The translations under genes and the position numbers were made by a program. The notes below the pieces were generated by a model, which worked only from the letters and a program-made list of their open reading frames with translations, searched no databases and was not told the DNA's origin. Source: Eledone cirrhosa (taxonomy: Eukaryota). Taken from it: DNA of 64,000 bases. Positions 40,575 through 54,324 of the stretch are shown here, one piece after another. How positions within the stretch are numbered: the first letter of the stretch is position 1; each line of letters begins with the position of its first letter. The stretch covers positions 33,170,001 to 33,234,000 of the forward strand of contig OZ024744.1 of the NCBI GenBank assembly GCA_964016885.1. Reading direction: 5' to 3'.

Positions 40575-43500
40575 GTTTCTTTTATTTGCCACAAGGGCAT
40601 CAAAAGTGGGACAAGTACAATGGGGGGAGTTTACAAAACAAGGCGTCCTCAATAGTGAGGAGGCAATAACAATATATAAAAATAAAATAAAATATAACAA
40701 AAAATAGAATTATAACAAAATCCTCAATAGAGGATTTTGTTATAAAATATAACAAAAAATAAAATTTATAACAAAATCCTCAATAGAGAGGAGGCGCCTT
40801 GGGGGGTCGCACACACCCCCGAAAAAAGTGTGCAACCCTTTTCCTCAGGAGCACAGAGAGGGGGTGCTCCCTCGTTCCTTCCTCTTTTCCACCTACAGGC
40901 TTATGTAAAGAGAAGGCCCATTCACACGGGCCATTCTCGCCACTTTCACCCACCTTTCATAAAAACGACTGGGGTGCAGCACCTCTCTCTCCGTCCTGAT
41001 CCTTCTTCCGAAATGATATCGGAAGAAACGGACTAGTTGTTGGCCAGAGAGAAAGGTGCCTGACCTCAGTCCTTTCAGACGCGTCCACCATACTACCTCT
41101 TTCGCCATGGCTATTACGCACAGAAACACCGCCTCTGCTTCATCTTTGAAGGGGGGAGGCGGCTTGATCATTACAATAGACTCGGTGGTCAACCGGATCG
41201 GTCCCACCCTTGACAGCAGTTGTTCGACATAGCCCCACAGATCGGCTACGCCCGAGCAGTGTACCAATGCGTGTGCAACGGTTTCCTCGTCGCACACGTA
41301 TCTGGGACAGATCTTTTTGGCGGGGTCCCTACCCGGGCGCCCGTGTCTGTAGAGCCTTTCTCGAACGCGTAAAGCTCCTCGGTAGCACTGCCAGGCCAGG
41401 GACTTCTGGAAGTTGTCCATAGGTCCCGGGCTGAATGTCCTACCGAACAGGCTGGCCAGTTCGTCCTCCTCCATGTCTAGGGCTTCTCCGAGGGCGTCGT
41501 CGCACCTGCTGCGTACCAGCCCTCTATAGAATGTTGCGGTGGAGTCTCCACTGATAACCGGATCCGCCTGCCAGAGGGCGGTGAGCGCCTGGGCACACTC
41601 AGTGTGCCAGGCGCCCAGTTTTCTCGGTCTTTGCTTGACCCAGGATTGCAGCTCGGTGAGTGAGACGAGTCTGGGAAAGATTCGTCTCACAAACGAGGCC
41701 CACACCGGTTGTCCGGTGAGGAATACGTAGAGGTGCCGTAGCCTTAATGCGTGTTTACGCATCATTAGCCACGGCTTCCCCAGCCCTCCTTTCGAAGGGT
41801 GTTGACAGCAGATGGATCTCCTCACCATAGGAGCCCGCCTCTTCCAAAGGAATTGGAAGAGCGCGCGCTCCATCTTGGTGAGGGTTTCCCTTGGGCAGGG
41901 CACTACGGTCAGGCGGTAGTAGATGGCGGACGCTATGTAGGTGTTCGCCACCACCGCCCGACCTTTCAGGGATAGTTTGCAACTGGCCCACTTCTGGGTC
42001 AGTGCAAACACCCTGTTCGTAACCTCCGCCCAGTTTTTCTCCACCTGGAGGTCCGGTCCGAACCAGGCCCCGAGCAACTTCACCGGGCCCTCCGTCCAGC
42101 GTCCGACGACGCCATCGGAGGGCATCGGTCTGCCCCTCCACGTGCCGAGTTGCAAACCGATCGACTTGTCCCGGTTCAGCTTAGCCCCTGTGAACTTTTC
42201 GTACTCCCCCAGTAAGGTGCCGACCGCCTCGATTTCGGAGGCCGTCGACACCATTACTGTCACGTCATCGGCGTAGGCCGACACCGCTTTCCGCAATCCC
42301 GGTTCCAAAGGGATGCCCTGCAACAACTCCAGCTTCCGCAGTAGTGGCTCGAGAGTCAACACATACAGAAGGGAGGAGAGAGGGCACCCTTGTCGGATGG
42401 ACCGCGCGATTTTGAACGGCTCCGAGAGGTAGCCGTTCACCTTGACCCTAGAGCAGATGCGGCTGCTGTGCATAGCAGTGATCCAGCCCCTGAAAACGGG
42501 TCCGAAGCCTGCCGCCGCTAGCACCGCATCCAGGTAACCATGGTCGACCCTATCGAACGCCTTAGATTGATCCAAGTTGATCAGAGCCCCACCAAAGCCG
42601 GGTTCGTTCCCAACCCTCTCTATGATGTATCGCATGAGGTGGAGGTTGTCATGGATGGACCTGGACGGGATAGCGCATGTCTGCGCATCTCCCACCAGGT
42701 TGCCCACGACAAGCGCCAACCTCTTTGCTCGCACCTTGGCCAAAATCTGTAACTCTGTATTTAGCAGAGTTATGGGCCTGAAGTTACTTATTTCGTCCCC
42801 CTTGTTCTCGTCCTTCCTCACTAGCGTGACTACGCCCTTGGTCACAGTACAGGGAATTCTCCCGTTCTGTTGCCAGTTGCAGTAGACCGCCTCGAGGAGA
42901 TCGGGGAACAAGTCCGGCATAGCTAGATATAATTCGTAAGGAAGACCATCGCGACCCGGGGATTTGCGTTTGCCGCATTGGCTCAGCACGTCCTCTATCT
43001 CAGCGGCCGAAATCGGCTCCTCGCAGGACTTCGCCTCCCTGTCCGAGAGGCGCGGCAGGCCGTCGAGGTATGGACCGAAGTCCACGTTCCCAACCGGCTC
43101 CCCGCCCCTCCCGAACAGTCGGGCAAAGTGCCTTTGAAAGGCCTCACACATCTGCTTAGGCTCAAGAATCGCCCGTCCATCCAGGTCTCGCAAAGACCGG
43201 ATGGTGGATTTAGTTCCACTGTTGGCCTCTGTCACGCGGGCCCAGCTAACAGCTTTGGTCCCCTTGTTCCCCAGAGCACGTATTTTACTTCGGACAACGC
43301 AGCCTTCGTGCTTCGCGTCGAAAAACTGGCTCAGAGTCGTTCTCGACGCTAGCACTCTGGCCACGTCGCCGCTTCTAATTGCCTCTTCTACTCTATCTAT
43401 TAGCTCCCTTTCCTTCCTATTCCTATCCGCAGCTAGAACCTTACTAAATTCTATCGAGACTACTCTAATCTCTCTCTTTAGAGATATCCACCACCTGCTG

Positions 43501-44973
43501 TTGACGATCGCTCCAGTCAACCGTTCCTTAACTAACGTACTAATCCGATTCCTGTAGGCCCTACTTGCCGGCAAGGACAAGTTGAGCTTCCAGTAACCGG
43601 GGCCCTGTCTATGAGTTCTGTCAAGGTTGACCATGCAGGTCACTAATTTGTGGTCTGAATAGCCAACCATGCGCATTTTTGGACAACTTAAAAAGTCCTT
43701 ATCCTTAATTCTAACTAAGAACCTATCTAGGTACGACCTAGATGATCCGCTACGATTTGCCCAAGTCCAGGTTGGCGCAGTCGGAAAATCTAGTCGATAT
43801 ATTTATCGGCCAGGTCAAATCGACCGATTAACCCTTTGAGGCTATTACACCCCTCTCTATCGGGGCAGGCCCCTACGTAGTCCCAGCGTGCATCTAGGAT
43901 ACCATTCCAGTCCCCCACTAATAGCAAGGAGCGGGACGTCCCTAGAAAAGTCTCCAGACGATGGAAGAAGTCCGGCCGCATTGACCCGAAAGGGCCGTAG
44001 GCGGCTACCAACCTAAACGCTCCGCCTTTACCACTGCCAAGGTCCAGAACCACTAGTCGACCCTCCGGGTCCAAATGTACCATCTGTGTTGCGAGACCCA
44101 GATGTTTTTGCAGCAGAACGACAACTCCACCCCCACCTCCGGGCTGACAGAGAGATGCGTGCATCTCAAAGTCATCAAAGGTGGGGGCCAGCTGTCGCAC
44201 GTTGCTGATCCGGGCCTCGCAAATAACCATCACATCTATACGTTGTGACCTGAGGTCATTTAGAAGCATTGCTTGCTTCCAAGTTGAGCCCAGGCCACGC
44301 GCATTTAAACAGCCTACTCTTAGCATAGCCATGTTGGTGGTGAAGAGAAAAGGCACTTACCTCTCTGCGTCCCGGGTATCGGGCTGCACAATTTCCATTA
44401 GGGTGGGGGATGGGTTGTTGGGTGGGGTGGTGGTTTGTGGAAGTGTGGGGGCATCAGTGTGTTGTGTGGTTGGGGAGCTTGGAGTTGTGTGTGTGTTTGG
44501 GGAGGGGGTGGGATAGTTTTTTAGGAGGACGCGGTTAATGGGCCCGACGCAGGGGGGACCCACGTCCTCTTTAAAATTGTTTTTTAAAGTTTTATAGGTG
44601 TCCTGTGGGGCCTTAATCATTTTGAGGTGGGGGAAATCCCCTGCCTGGGTGAAGTTAGGCCCTTGTGTTTTTATTAGATTGTTGTTGTACACAATGTTTA
44701 ACAGTTTTTTGTTTCTTGTATCTATGTATGTGTATGCATGTTTTTGTTTTTGTGTGGTGTTTTTTGTTTGCTGTTGTTGTGAGCTCTTTTGTGTTGGTGT
44801 CAGTGTTATGTTTTGGGGAGGGTTTTTTTTCATTTGTGTGTCTGAGGTGTGTTTTCTTTTTTTTTCTTTTGATTGTGTGGAAGTGCTCCTCCTCGTCTGA
44901 CGACGAACTAGAGTCATCTTCCGCGTTGGAGGGGAGGGGTATATTTTCGGGTTGTGTTTGCGGTACGGGTGTT
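40575..44973 (-). mobile_element. Tx1-clade LINE copy F, 5'-truncated within ORF1
   Basis: ORF1 C-terminus 44357-44917; ORF2 begins at 44332 with one frameshift at ~43795; (GATA)n on both flanks. Confidence 0.95.
40893..43676 (-). CDS. Open 927-aa portion of Tx1 ORF2 (end of APE, RT, C-terminal finger)
   Basis: GYSDHKLV, GPGYWKLN, NFRPITLLN, DQSKAFDRVDH, RQGCPLS and YADD motifs, uninterrupted. Confidence 0.9.
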   Translation of the reverse strand: MRMVGYSDHKLVTCMVNLDRTHRQGPGYWKLNLSLPASRAYRNRISTLVKERLTGAIVNSRWWISLKREIRVVSIEFSKVLAADRNRKERELIDRVEEAIRSGDVARVLASRTTLSQFFDAKHEGCVVRSKIRALGNKGTKAVSWARVTEANSGTKSTIRSLRDLDGRAILEPKQMCEAFQRHFARLFGRGGEPVGNVDFGPYLDGLPRLSDREAKSCEEPISAAEIEDVLSQCGKRKSPGRDGLPYELYLAMPDLFPDLLEAVYCNWQQNGRIPCTVTKGVVTLVRKDENKGDEISNFRPITLLNTELQILAKVRAKRLALVVGNLVGDAQTCAIPSRSIHDNLHLMRYIIERVGNEPGFGGALINLDQSKAFDRVDHGYLDAVLAAAGFGPVFRGWITAMHSSRICSRVKVNGYLSEPFKIARSIRQGCPLSSLLYVLTLEPLLRKLELLQGIPLEPGLRKAVSAYADDVTVMVSTASEIEAVGTLLGEYEKFTGAKLNRDKSIGLQLGTWRGRPMPSDGVVGRWTEGPVKLLGAWFGPDLQVEKNWAEVTNRVFALTQKWASCKLSLKGRAVVANTYIASAIYYRLTVVPCPRETLTKMERALFQFLWKRRAPMVRRSICCQHPSKGGLGKPWLMMRKHALRLRHLYVFLTGQPVWASFVRRIFPRLVSLTELQSWVKQRPRKLGAWHTECAQALTALWQADPVISGDSTATFYRGLVRSRCDDALGEALDMEEDELASLFGRTFSPGPMDNFQKSLAWQCYRGALRVRERLYRHGRPGRDPAKKICPRYVCDEETVAHALVHCSGVADLWGYVEQLLSRVGPIRLTTESIVMIKPPPPFKDEAEAVFLCVIAMAKEVVWWTRLKGLRSGTFLSGQQLVRFFRYHFGRRIRTEREVLHPSRFYERWVKVARMARVNGPSLYISL

Positions 44974-44974
<1 letters not shown>

Positions 44975-45038
<64 letters not shown>
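44975..45038. repeat. (GATA)n array between Tx1 copies F and G
   Basis: Pure array, directly visible. Confidence 0.97.
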
Positions 45039-46096
<1,058 letters not shown>

Positions 46097-46759
46097 CAGA
46101 TAGACAGACAAACTGACAGAGAGACTGATAGATAGATAGACACACAGACAAACAGACAGATAGAGAGATAGATAGTGAGAGAGAAGGGAGTCTGTGTGAT
46201 ACTATATACTGTATTGCAGTTGTTAGATTCTCGAGAAGCCAACACGACCTGATAGGATGTCACTTGAAACTATTTTACACAGTTTTTCCACGATTAAAAT
46301 ATTTTATTTTGGGGAGAACAATAACAAGTGAAGAGACATCATAAACACTGATTTTTTTATTTAGGCAGAAATCAACGATTTGCGGGGATTGGTATATCGA
46401 TTATATCGACCTCGATACGTGACTAGTGATTTTTTTTATTGACACTGGAACCTGTTGAACTTGACGAGGAGGATCTAAAGAACCGGAACAAATCCTGATA
46501 AGCAGCTATCCAACTCTCTAATCACACAACCAATCCACCACCCTAAAGATATTAAAAATAATATAACTTTGGAAAAATGCAATCAGACATGTAAAAATCA
46601 AAAGAAGATTGAAATGCTAATATTGGAAAGCATAAAAACCTCAGATGTTTGAAATGTAATCTATAGAGCAAAAACATGAAGATTTATCATTTATAATTTT
46701 AGCAAATTGAGCTCATAGCTGCTATTTAACCATCTTTCTCAGAATCTACCTCTCTGTCT

Positions 46760-47990
46760 CCCTCCAGTTAGTTTTGCCTGTAAAATCTGTCCAATAATTC
46801 TTTACTGAGATATTCTAACCACATGTACACAGTATCGGAGCTGTGATCTCTCAATTTAGAGAAGTAGCAGCTCTACCTAGAGTGACTCTCTGATCTCCGA
46901 GCTACACACTTTATCTTGCTCCGGGTCTACCTCAGGGTCTCTTGCTTTTCGGTTTTGCCCGTAAAATCTGTCCAGTGATTCTTTCCTGAGACATTCTAAC
47001 CACATGTCCATAGTATCGGAGCTGTGATCCATCAATTCGGAGAAGCAGTGGATCTACCTGGAGTAACTCTCTGATGTCCGAGCTACACACTTTATCGAGT
47101 AACGCTACTCCAAAGACCCTTTGGATGAACCTCATTTCGGCGCTTGTATTCGCGATCGAATTCTTTAGGTCATTACCCAAAATTCATGACCATAGGGTAG
47201 AGTTGGCACGAACACCGAATTGAAGATAGCGAGTTTGGCTTTAGCACCTCCCACACTTTACCGCGGATAAAGTCTGTGCTAAGTGTCAGACAAAGAGATG
47301 TAGGTATATTGTCGATTACAAGCTAATTAACGAACAGTGTCATTTTCAGCTCGGGCGTAGCAGAGACGACCAAACATTCATTCTGTGGTTGGCAATCTTC
47401 GAGAAACCCTGGGACTATTGCCAAGAGGTTTTTGCTTGCTTTGTGGTACTCGAAAAGTCATATGTCGATGGATAGCTTCTTGTTGTCCTGATGTTTCTAT
47501 ATGGATGCCATAGTATTTGTGGTCAGATAAATAATTGTGCTACATCGAAACAATTCAACGTCTATGTTGGACTCCGCCAAGGGTGCGTCCTGTCACCTCT
47601 CCTGGTTATAAACTTCATGGAAAGATTGAGATGTACCGTCAGGCTGGAAGTGATATTAAAACTGGTAGGTGTAGAATCAGTCAGCTGGAATCTGCAGACA
47701 TGTAGTTACTTAACTCGTCAGGTGAACTCCGACATGCACTCGATAGATTTGATGCCGAGTGCTGCATGATTAGAATTAAAATCAGTGCTGCGAAGACTGA
47801 GACACTCGTCCTCTCACGGAAGCCTGTGCGGTGCAGGCTACAAGTGAATGGAGTTCCACTGAAGCATGTGGAGAAGTTCAAGTGTCTCAGGGCCGTGTTC
47901 ACAAGTGAATGGAAGGCTGGAGGCTGAGTCAAATGCAAGAATTGTCGGAGCTGGTGCAGTAATTTTCAGCTTCAGCATTCGGCCTTCACA
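46760..47990. mobile_element. Rearranged fragments of an RTE-like LINE (46760-47250 minus with internal duplication; 47320-47990 plus)
   Basis: SAEMRFIQRVFGV and SQLRYYGHVVRM (minus); GLRQGCVLSPLL (plus); 46775-46915 repeats 46960-47095. Confidence 0.7.
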
Positions 47991-48136
47991 AGGTTTTTAA
48001 GAAAAAAATAGAAATGTATTTTTTGAAATTAATTATTTTTTTAAATGCAGGCTTTAGACAGAAGGGGAGAAATACAAGAGAGGAAATATTAGAAAGTATT
48101 TAAAGTGGTAATAAACTTGCCAAACATGGACGTTAC

Positions 48137-48548
48137 ATGATGATGATGATGATGATGATGATATTGATGATGATGACAGTGGTGATGACAGAAATTATGA
48201 CAGTCGTGGTGGTGATGATGGTGATGATGGTGGTGGTGGTGGTGGTAATGATGATAATGTGGATGATGACCATCATCGTCACCATCATCATCATCATCAT
48301 CATAATCATCACCCTCATCATCGTCATCGTCATCAGTATCGTCATCATCGTCGTCATCATCACCACCGTTAATACCATCATCATCACCATCATCGTCGTC
48401 ATCATCATCACCGTCAACACCATTACCACCATCGTTATCATTATCCTCATCATTATCATGACCATGATAACAATGATGACGACGATGATGATGATGATGA
48501 TGATGATGATAATTATCAAGGTACTGGTGTTGAGGATGCTGATGATGT
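48137..48548. repeat. Compound (GAT/GGT)n-(CAT)n-(GAT)n trinucleotide array with strand switches
   Basis: Directly visible. Confidence 0.9.
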
Positions 48549-48758
48549 GAGGACGAGGGCAACGATGATCTGCAGCGTTCTCAAGCTAATGGGTGCATCT
48601 GATCAGCTCAAGTCATACAGTAATACGACTTAGGATAAATAACATTTTATAACCTTCACCTCCACACACATATACAAACTGGCACATACACAAACACACA
48701 GATGCACACGCGCACACACACACACATACATACATACATACATATACATACTTACATG

Positions 48759-48797
<39 letters not shown>

Positions 48798-48885
48798 CCC
48801 TCTGTCCCTCCTATAAACCGTATATATATCTATCTATATATATATATATATATATATATACATACATATATATATATATATACAT

Positions 48886-49003
<118 letters not shown>

Positions 49004-49167
49004 ACATATGTACATATTTATGTATATATATATATACATATATGGTTATATATGTATGTGTATATATATATGTGTATATATTTATATATATATAGTTATA
49101 TATGTGTGTGTGTGTGTATACACACATATATATATACACACATAAATATACACATATATATATATAC

Positions 49168-49255
<88 letters not shown>

Positions 49256-49281
49256 GTATATATATTATATATATATATATA

Positions 49282-49345
<64 letters not shown>

Positions 49346-49515
49346 CAGAAAGGAATAGAAGGAGAAGACAGTAAATATACCGGAAGTGCCCAGCTATGAT
49401 ATCATCTCGGTACCTACTTGATCGTTTACGTTAAATTTCAACTTTATTTGATTTATTGTCCAACGTACTGGATCGTCTGCAGATCCACTTGAGCCATTTC
49501 CTTTTACTACATTGG

Positions 49516-50595
49516 CATCACTATCATCACCATCACCATTATAACCCCCATCACCATCACCACCAACATCACCACCATCCCCACCACCATCACCATCACC
49601 ACCAACATCACCATCAACATGACCACCAACACCACCACCACCATCAACATCACCACCACCACCAACATCACCATCAACATCGCCACCACCAACATCACCA
49701 CCAACACCACCACCACCACCAACATCACCACCACCATCAACATCACCACCACCATCACTACCAACATCATCACCACCACCACCACCACCATCACCATCAC
49801 CATCATCACCACCACCACCATCACCACCATCACCACCACCATCACCACCACCATCACCATCACCACCACCATCACCACCACCATCACCATCACCACCACC
49901 ACCAGCACTACCATCACCAACACCATCACCATCACCATCACCACCAACATCACCAACAACAACATCACCACCACCATCACCATCACCATCACCGCCAACA
50001 TCACCAGCACCACCACCAACATCATCACCACCACCACCACCAACATCATCACCACCACCACCAACACCATCATCACCATCACCACCACCACCAACATCAC
50101 CCCCACCCCCACCCCCACCACCAACATTACCACGTCCACCAACATCACCACCACCATCACCACCACCACCACCATCACCTTCACCACCACCGCCAACATC
50201 ACCACCAACATCACCACCTCCACCACCATCACCACCATCACCACCTCCACCACATCACCAGCACCACCAGCACCAGCATCACCATCATCACCACCAACAT
50301 CACCACCAACATCATCATCACCACCATCATCACCACCAACACCACCACCACCACCACCACCACCAACATCACTATCACCACCACCAACATCACCACCACC
50401 ATCACCACCATCACCACCACCATCACCACCATCACCACCAGCACCACCACCACCACCACCATCACCATCACCACCACCACCACTACCACCATCACCACCA
50501 CCACCATCACCACCACCACCACCAACATCACCACCACCATCACCACCATCACCACCACCACCACCACCAATATCACCACCACCATCACCATCACC

Positions 50596-50626
<31 letters not shown>

Positions 50627-51224
50627 CCATCACCACCACCATCACCATCACCACCACCACCACCACCACCATCACCACCACCAACATCATCACCACCACC
50701 ACCATCACAACCAACACCACCAATATCACCACCACCACCACCATCACCACCAACATCACCACCACCACCACCATCACCACCAACATCACCACCACCACCA
50801 CCATCACCATCACCACCAACACCACCACCACCATCACCATCACCACCACCATCACCAACATCACCTTCAACACCACCACCACCATCACCACCAACACCAC
50901 CACCACCATCACCACCAACACCACCACCACCACCACCACCAACACCACCATCACCAACACCATCACCACCACCACCACCATCACCACCACCAACAACACC
51001 ATCACCACCATCACCACCAGCACCACCACCACCACCATCACCACCACCAACAACAACACCACCAACACCACCACCACCACCACCATCACAACCAACACCA
51101 TCACCATCACCATCACCACCACCATCACCAACATCACCTTCAACACCACCATCAACATCACCACCAACACCAACACCACCAACATCACCATCACCACCAC
51201 CACCAACATCACCATCACCACCAT
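49516..51224. repeat. ~1.7-kb (CAC/CAT/CAA)n trinucleotide array
   Basis: Directly visible; source of the spurious His/Thr/Pro ORFs. Confidence 0.95.
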
Positions 51225-51657
51225 CTCCCCCTCTCTCTCTCACACACACTCTCTCTCTCGTCTTTCTATCTCGTCTCTCTCAATGTCTCTCTCTCTCTCG
51301 TCTCTCTCACTCGTCTCTCTCATCTCTCTCTCTCTCGCTCTCTCTTGTCTCTCTCGACTCTCTATCTCATCCTCTCTCTTTATCTCTCTCTTTTGCTCTC
51401 TTTCGTCTCTCCCTCCCTCTCTAACCCACTCTCGTTTCTTTTTTCCTCCATCTCACTCTTGTCTCTCTTTGGTCTCTCTCTCCGTGTCTCATCCCTTTTT
51501 CACTCTCTCTCTCTCTCTCTATCTATTTCTCTCCATGCGTGACACTCACATCTGTGTTGTAATTGATTGGTCGGAAATAAGATGAAATGGTTGCTTGAGG
51601 ATGAAATAAAAGTCATTAATAATTTTTTTGCCGGCAGTAGTAATTACACACGCATAT

Positions 51658-51693
<36 letters not shown>

Positions 51694-51825
51694 ACACACA
51701 CACGTACACACAAATACACACAAGCACACACTCACAAATACACACACACACGTACACACAAACACACACACACAAACATACAACCACACACACACACGTA
51801 CACAAATACACAAACACACACACAA

Positions 51826-51906
<81 letters not shown>

Positions 51907-52053
51907 CAAATGACTACACAGAGAGAATACACAAGTTTAACACACTCAGAAGCTCATACGTGTAAAACAAGAAGGAAGCCAAAGTCTCTTAAGTGCGTAC
52001 TCAATACCGAGCGAATACAGCGCGTTTTACATATTTGACTTAAATTCAATTTT

Positions 52054-52585
52054 TCTTCTTCTTCTTCTTCTTCTTCTTCTTCTTCTTCTTCTTCTTCTTC
52101 TTCTTCTTCTTCTTCTTCTTCCTGAGAGGGTCATGGGGACAGAGTCCTTATACACTGCTTCCAATGCGTCCTGCCAGAAGCAACTGTCTCAAACTGTTCC
52201 GACTGCAACCCCAAGCGTGACCATCCAATCTCATGGATATTATCCAACCATCTTGCTCGAAGTCTACCCCTGGGTGTCTCACCAGTTTGTTTTGCCTGCA
52301 ATATATGTCCGGCGGTTTTTTTACTGAGACATTCTAACCACATGTCCACAGTATCAGAGCTGTGATCTCTCAATTCGGAGAAGTAGCAGCTCTACCTGGA
52401 GTAACTCTCTGATCTCAGAGCTTCGCACTTTATTACTCCAAAGACCCTTCGTAGGAACCCCATTCTGGCCCCACTTGTATTCACAATCGTATTATTTCGG
52501 TCATTACCCAAAATTCTTGATCATTGGTTAGGGTCGACACAAATACCAAATTGAACATAGCGAGTTTGGCTTTTACGCCAACCTC
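52054..52585 (-). mobile_element. RTE-like LINE 3' fragment with (GAA)n tail
   Basis: GETPRGRLRARWLDNI peptide; same family as 46930-47250; (TTC)n at 52054-52120. Confidence 0.75.
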
Positions 52586-52958
52586 CCGTCTTCTAATTAC
52601 TGAATTCAACCCTATAATTAAGTAGATACAAAATATACTACTAATAATTAAATAAAATAAAATAAAACCAAAAACAAAAAGGGGAGAGGACAAGTAAAAA
52701 GTTACCGATAAAGCACACGGCTCTATCAATGAAATATGGAAGGGGGAGGGGTGAATAAGAAAAGGAAGGAAATGATGAACGTTTGAGGGTATTTCAGTCC
52801 CGCCCTTTCTGTCGCCTATTGTTATTTCTCTCCTCCTCCGTTTCCTTTCTTTCTTTCTTTCTTTCTGTCTTTCTGTCTTTCTTTCTTTCTTTCTTTCTGT
52901 CTTTCTTCTTCTTCTTCTTCTTCTTCTTCTTCTTCTTCTTCTTCTTCTTCTTCTTCTT

Positions 52959-52989
<31 letters not shown>

Positions 52990-53054
52990 TCAATTTTCCG
53001 CTCTTTTTCCTCCATTTACTTAGGTGACTGACTAAGATGGAGTGTTTAGTTACA

Positions 53055-53072
53055 ACACATACATACATACAC

Positions 53073-53105
<33 letters not shown>

Positions 53106-53207
53106 CATACATACATACCTATATACAGATATATACATACATACATACATACATACATACATACATACACATACATACACACATACATACATACATACAT
53201 ACATACA

Positions 53208-53241
<34 letters not shown>

Positions 53242-53948
53242 CATACATACATACCTATATACAGACATATACATACATGCATACATACATACATACATAC
53301 ATACATACATACATACATACATACATACATACATACAGACATATACATACATACATACATACATACATACATAGATACACATACATACACACATACATAC
53401 ATACATACATACATACATACATACATACATACATACATACATACATACATACATACATACATACATACATACATACCTATATACAGACATATACATACAT
53501 ACATACATACATACATACATACATACATACATACATACATACATACATACATACATACACACATACATACATACATACATACACACATACATACATGCAT
53601 ACATACATACATACATACATACATACATACATACATACATACATACATACATACAGACATATACATACATGCATACATACATACATACATACATACATAC
53701 ATACATACATACATACATACATACATACACATACATACACACATACATACATACATACATACATACATACATACATACACACATACATACATACATACAC
53801 ACATACACACATACATACATACATACATACATATATACATACATACATACCTATATACAAACTTATACATACATGCATACATACATACATACATACATAC
53901 ATACATACATACATACATACATACATACATACATACATACATACATAC

Positions 53949-53979
<31 letters not shown>

Positions 53980-53996
53980 CATACATACATACATAC
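53055..53996. repeat. ~940-bp (TACA)n array with repeated variant blocks
   Basis: Directly visible; CCTATATACAGACAT-type variants recur. Confidence 0.95.
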
Positions 53997-53997
53997 T

Positions 53998-54128
53998 TAG
54001 CTGGCACCTTCAAAATCTGCAAAACATTCTTGCGATTCAAGGGATGACAATTTCTTTTCTTTTACAACCTTGCCACCAGGAAGGTGGCCGGTCAAAAAAA
54101 TATACTCGAAATTAAGAGAAAGAGAAAA
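53998..54128 (+). mobile_element. 130-bp 3' stub of the (TACA)n-associated R4-like LINE
   Basis: Nearly identical to 56215-56346 (AGTFKICKTFLRFKG stop + 3' UTR); (TACA)n on both sides. Confidence 0.92.
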
Positions 54129-54174
54129 CATACATACATACATACATACATACATACATACATACATACATACA

Positions 54175-54210
<36 letters not shown>

Positions 54211-54324
54211 CATACATACATATATACAGACATATACATACATACATACATACATACATACATACATACATACATACATACATACATACATACATACATA
54301 CATACATACATACATACATACATA

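Noticed and set aside
49456-51585. 709-aa His/Thr-rich, 601-aa Pro-rich and 580-aa Gly/Val-rich ORFs
   Set aside because: All are frames of a stop-free (CAC/CAT)n array, open in several frames on both strands, with no unique domain or exon evidence.
53037-54324. Apparent N-terminal HTYI-repeat extension of the R4 ORF (54084 onward)
   Set aside because: In-frame read-through of flanking (TACA)n; the element is 5'-truncated at ~54325.
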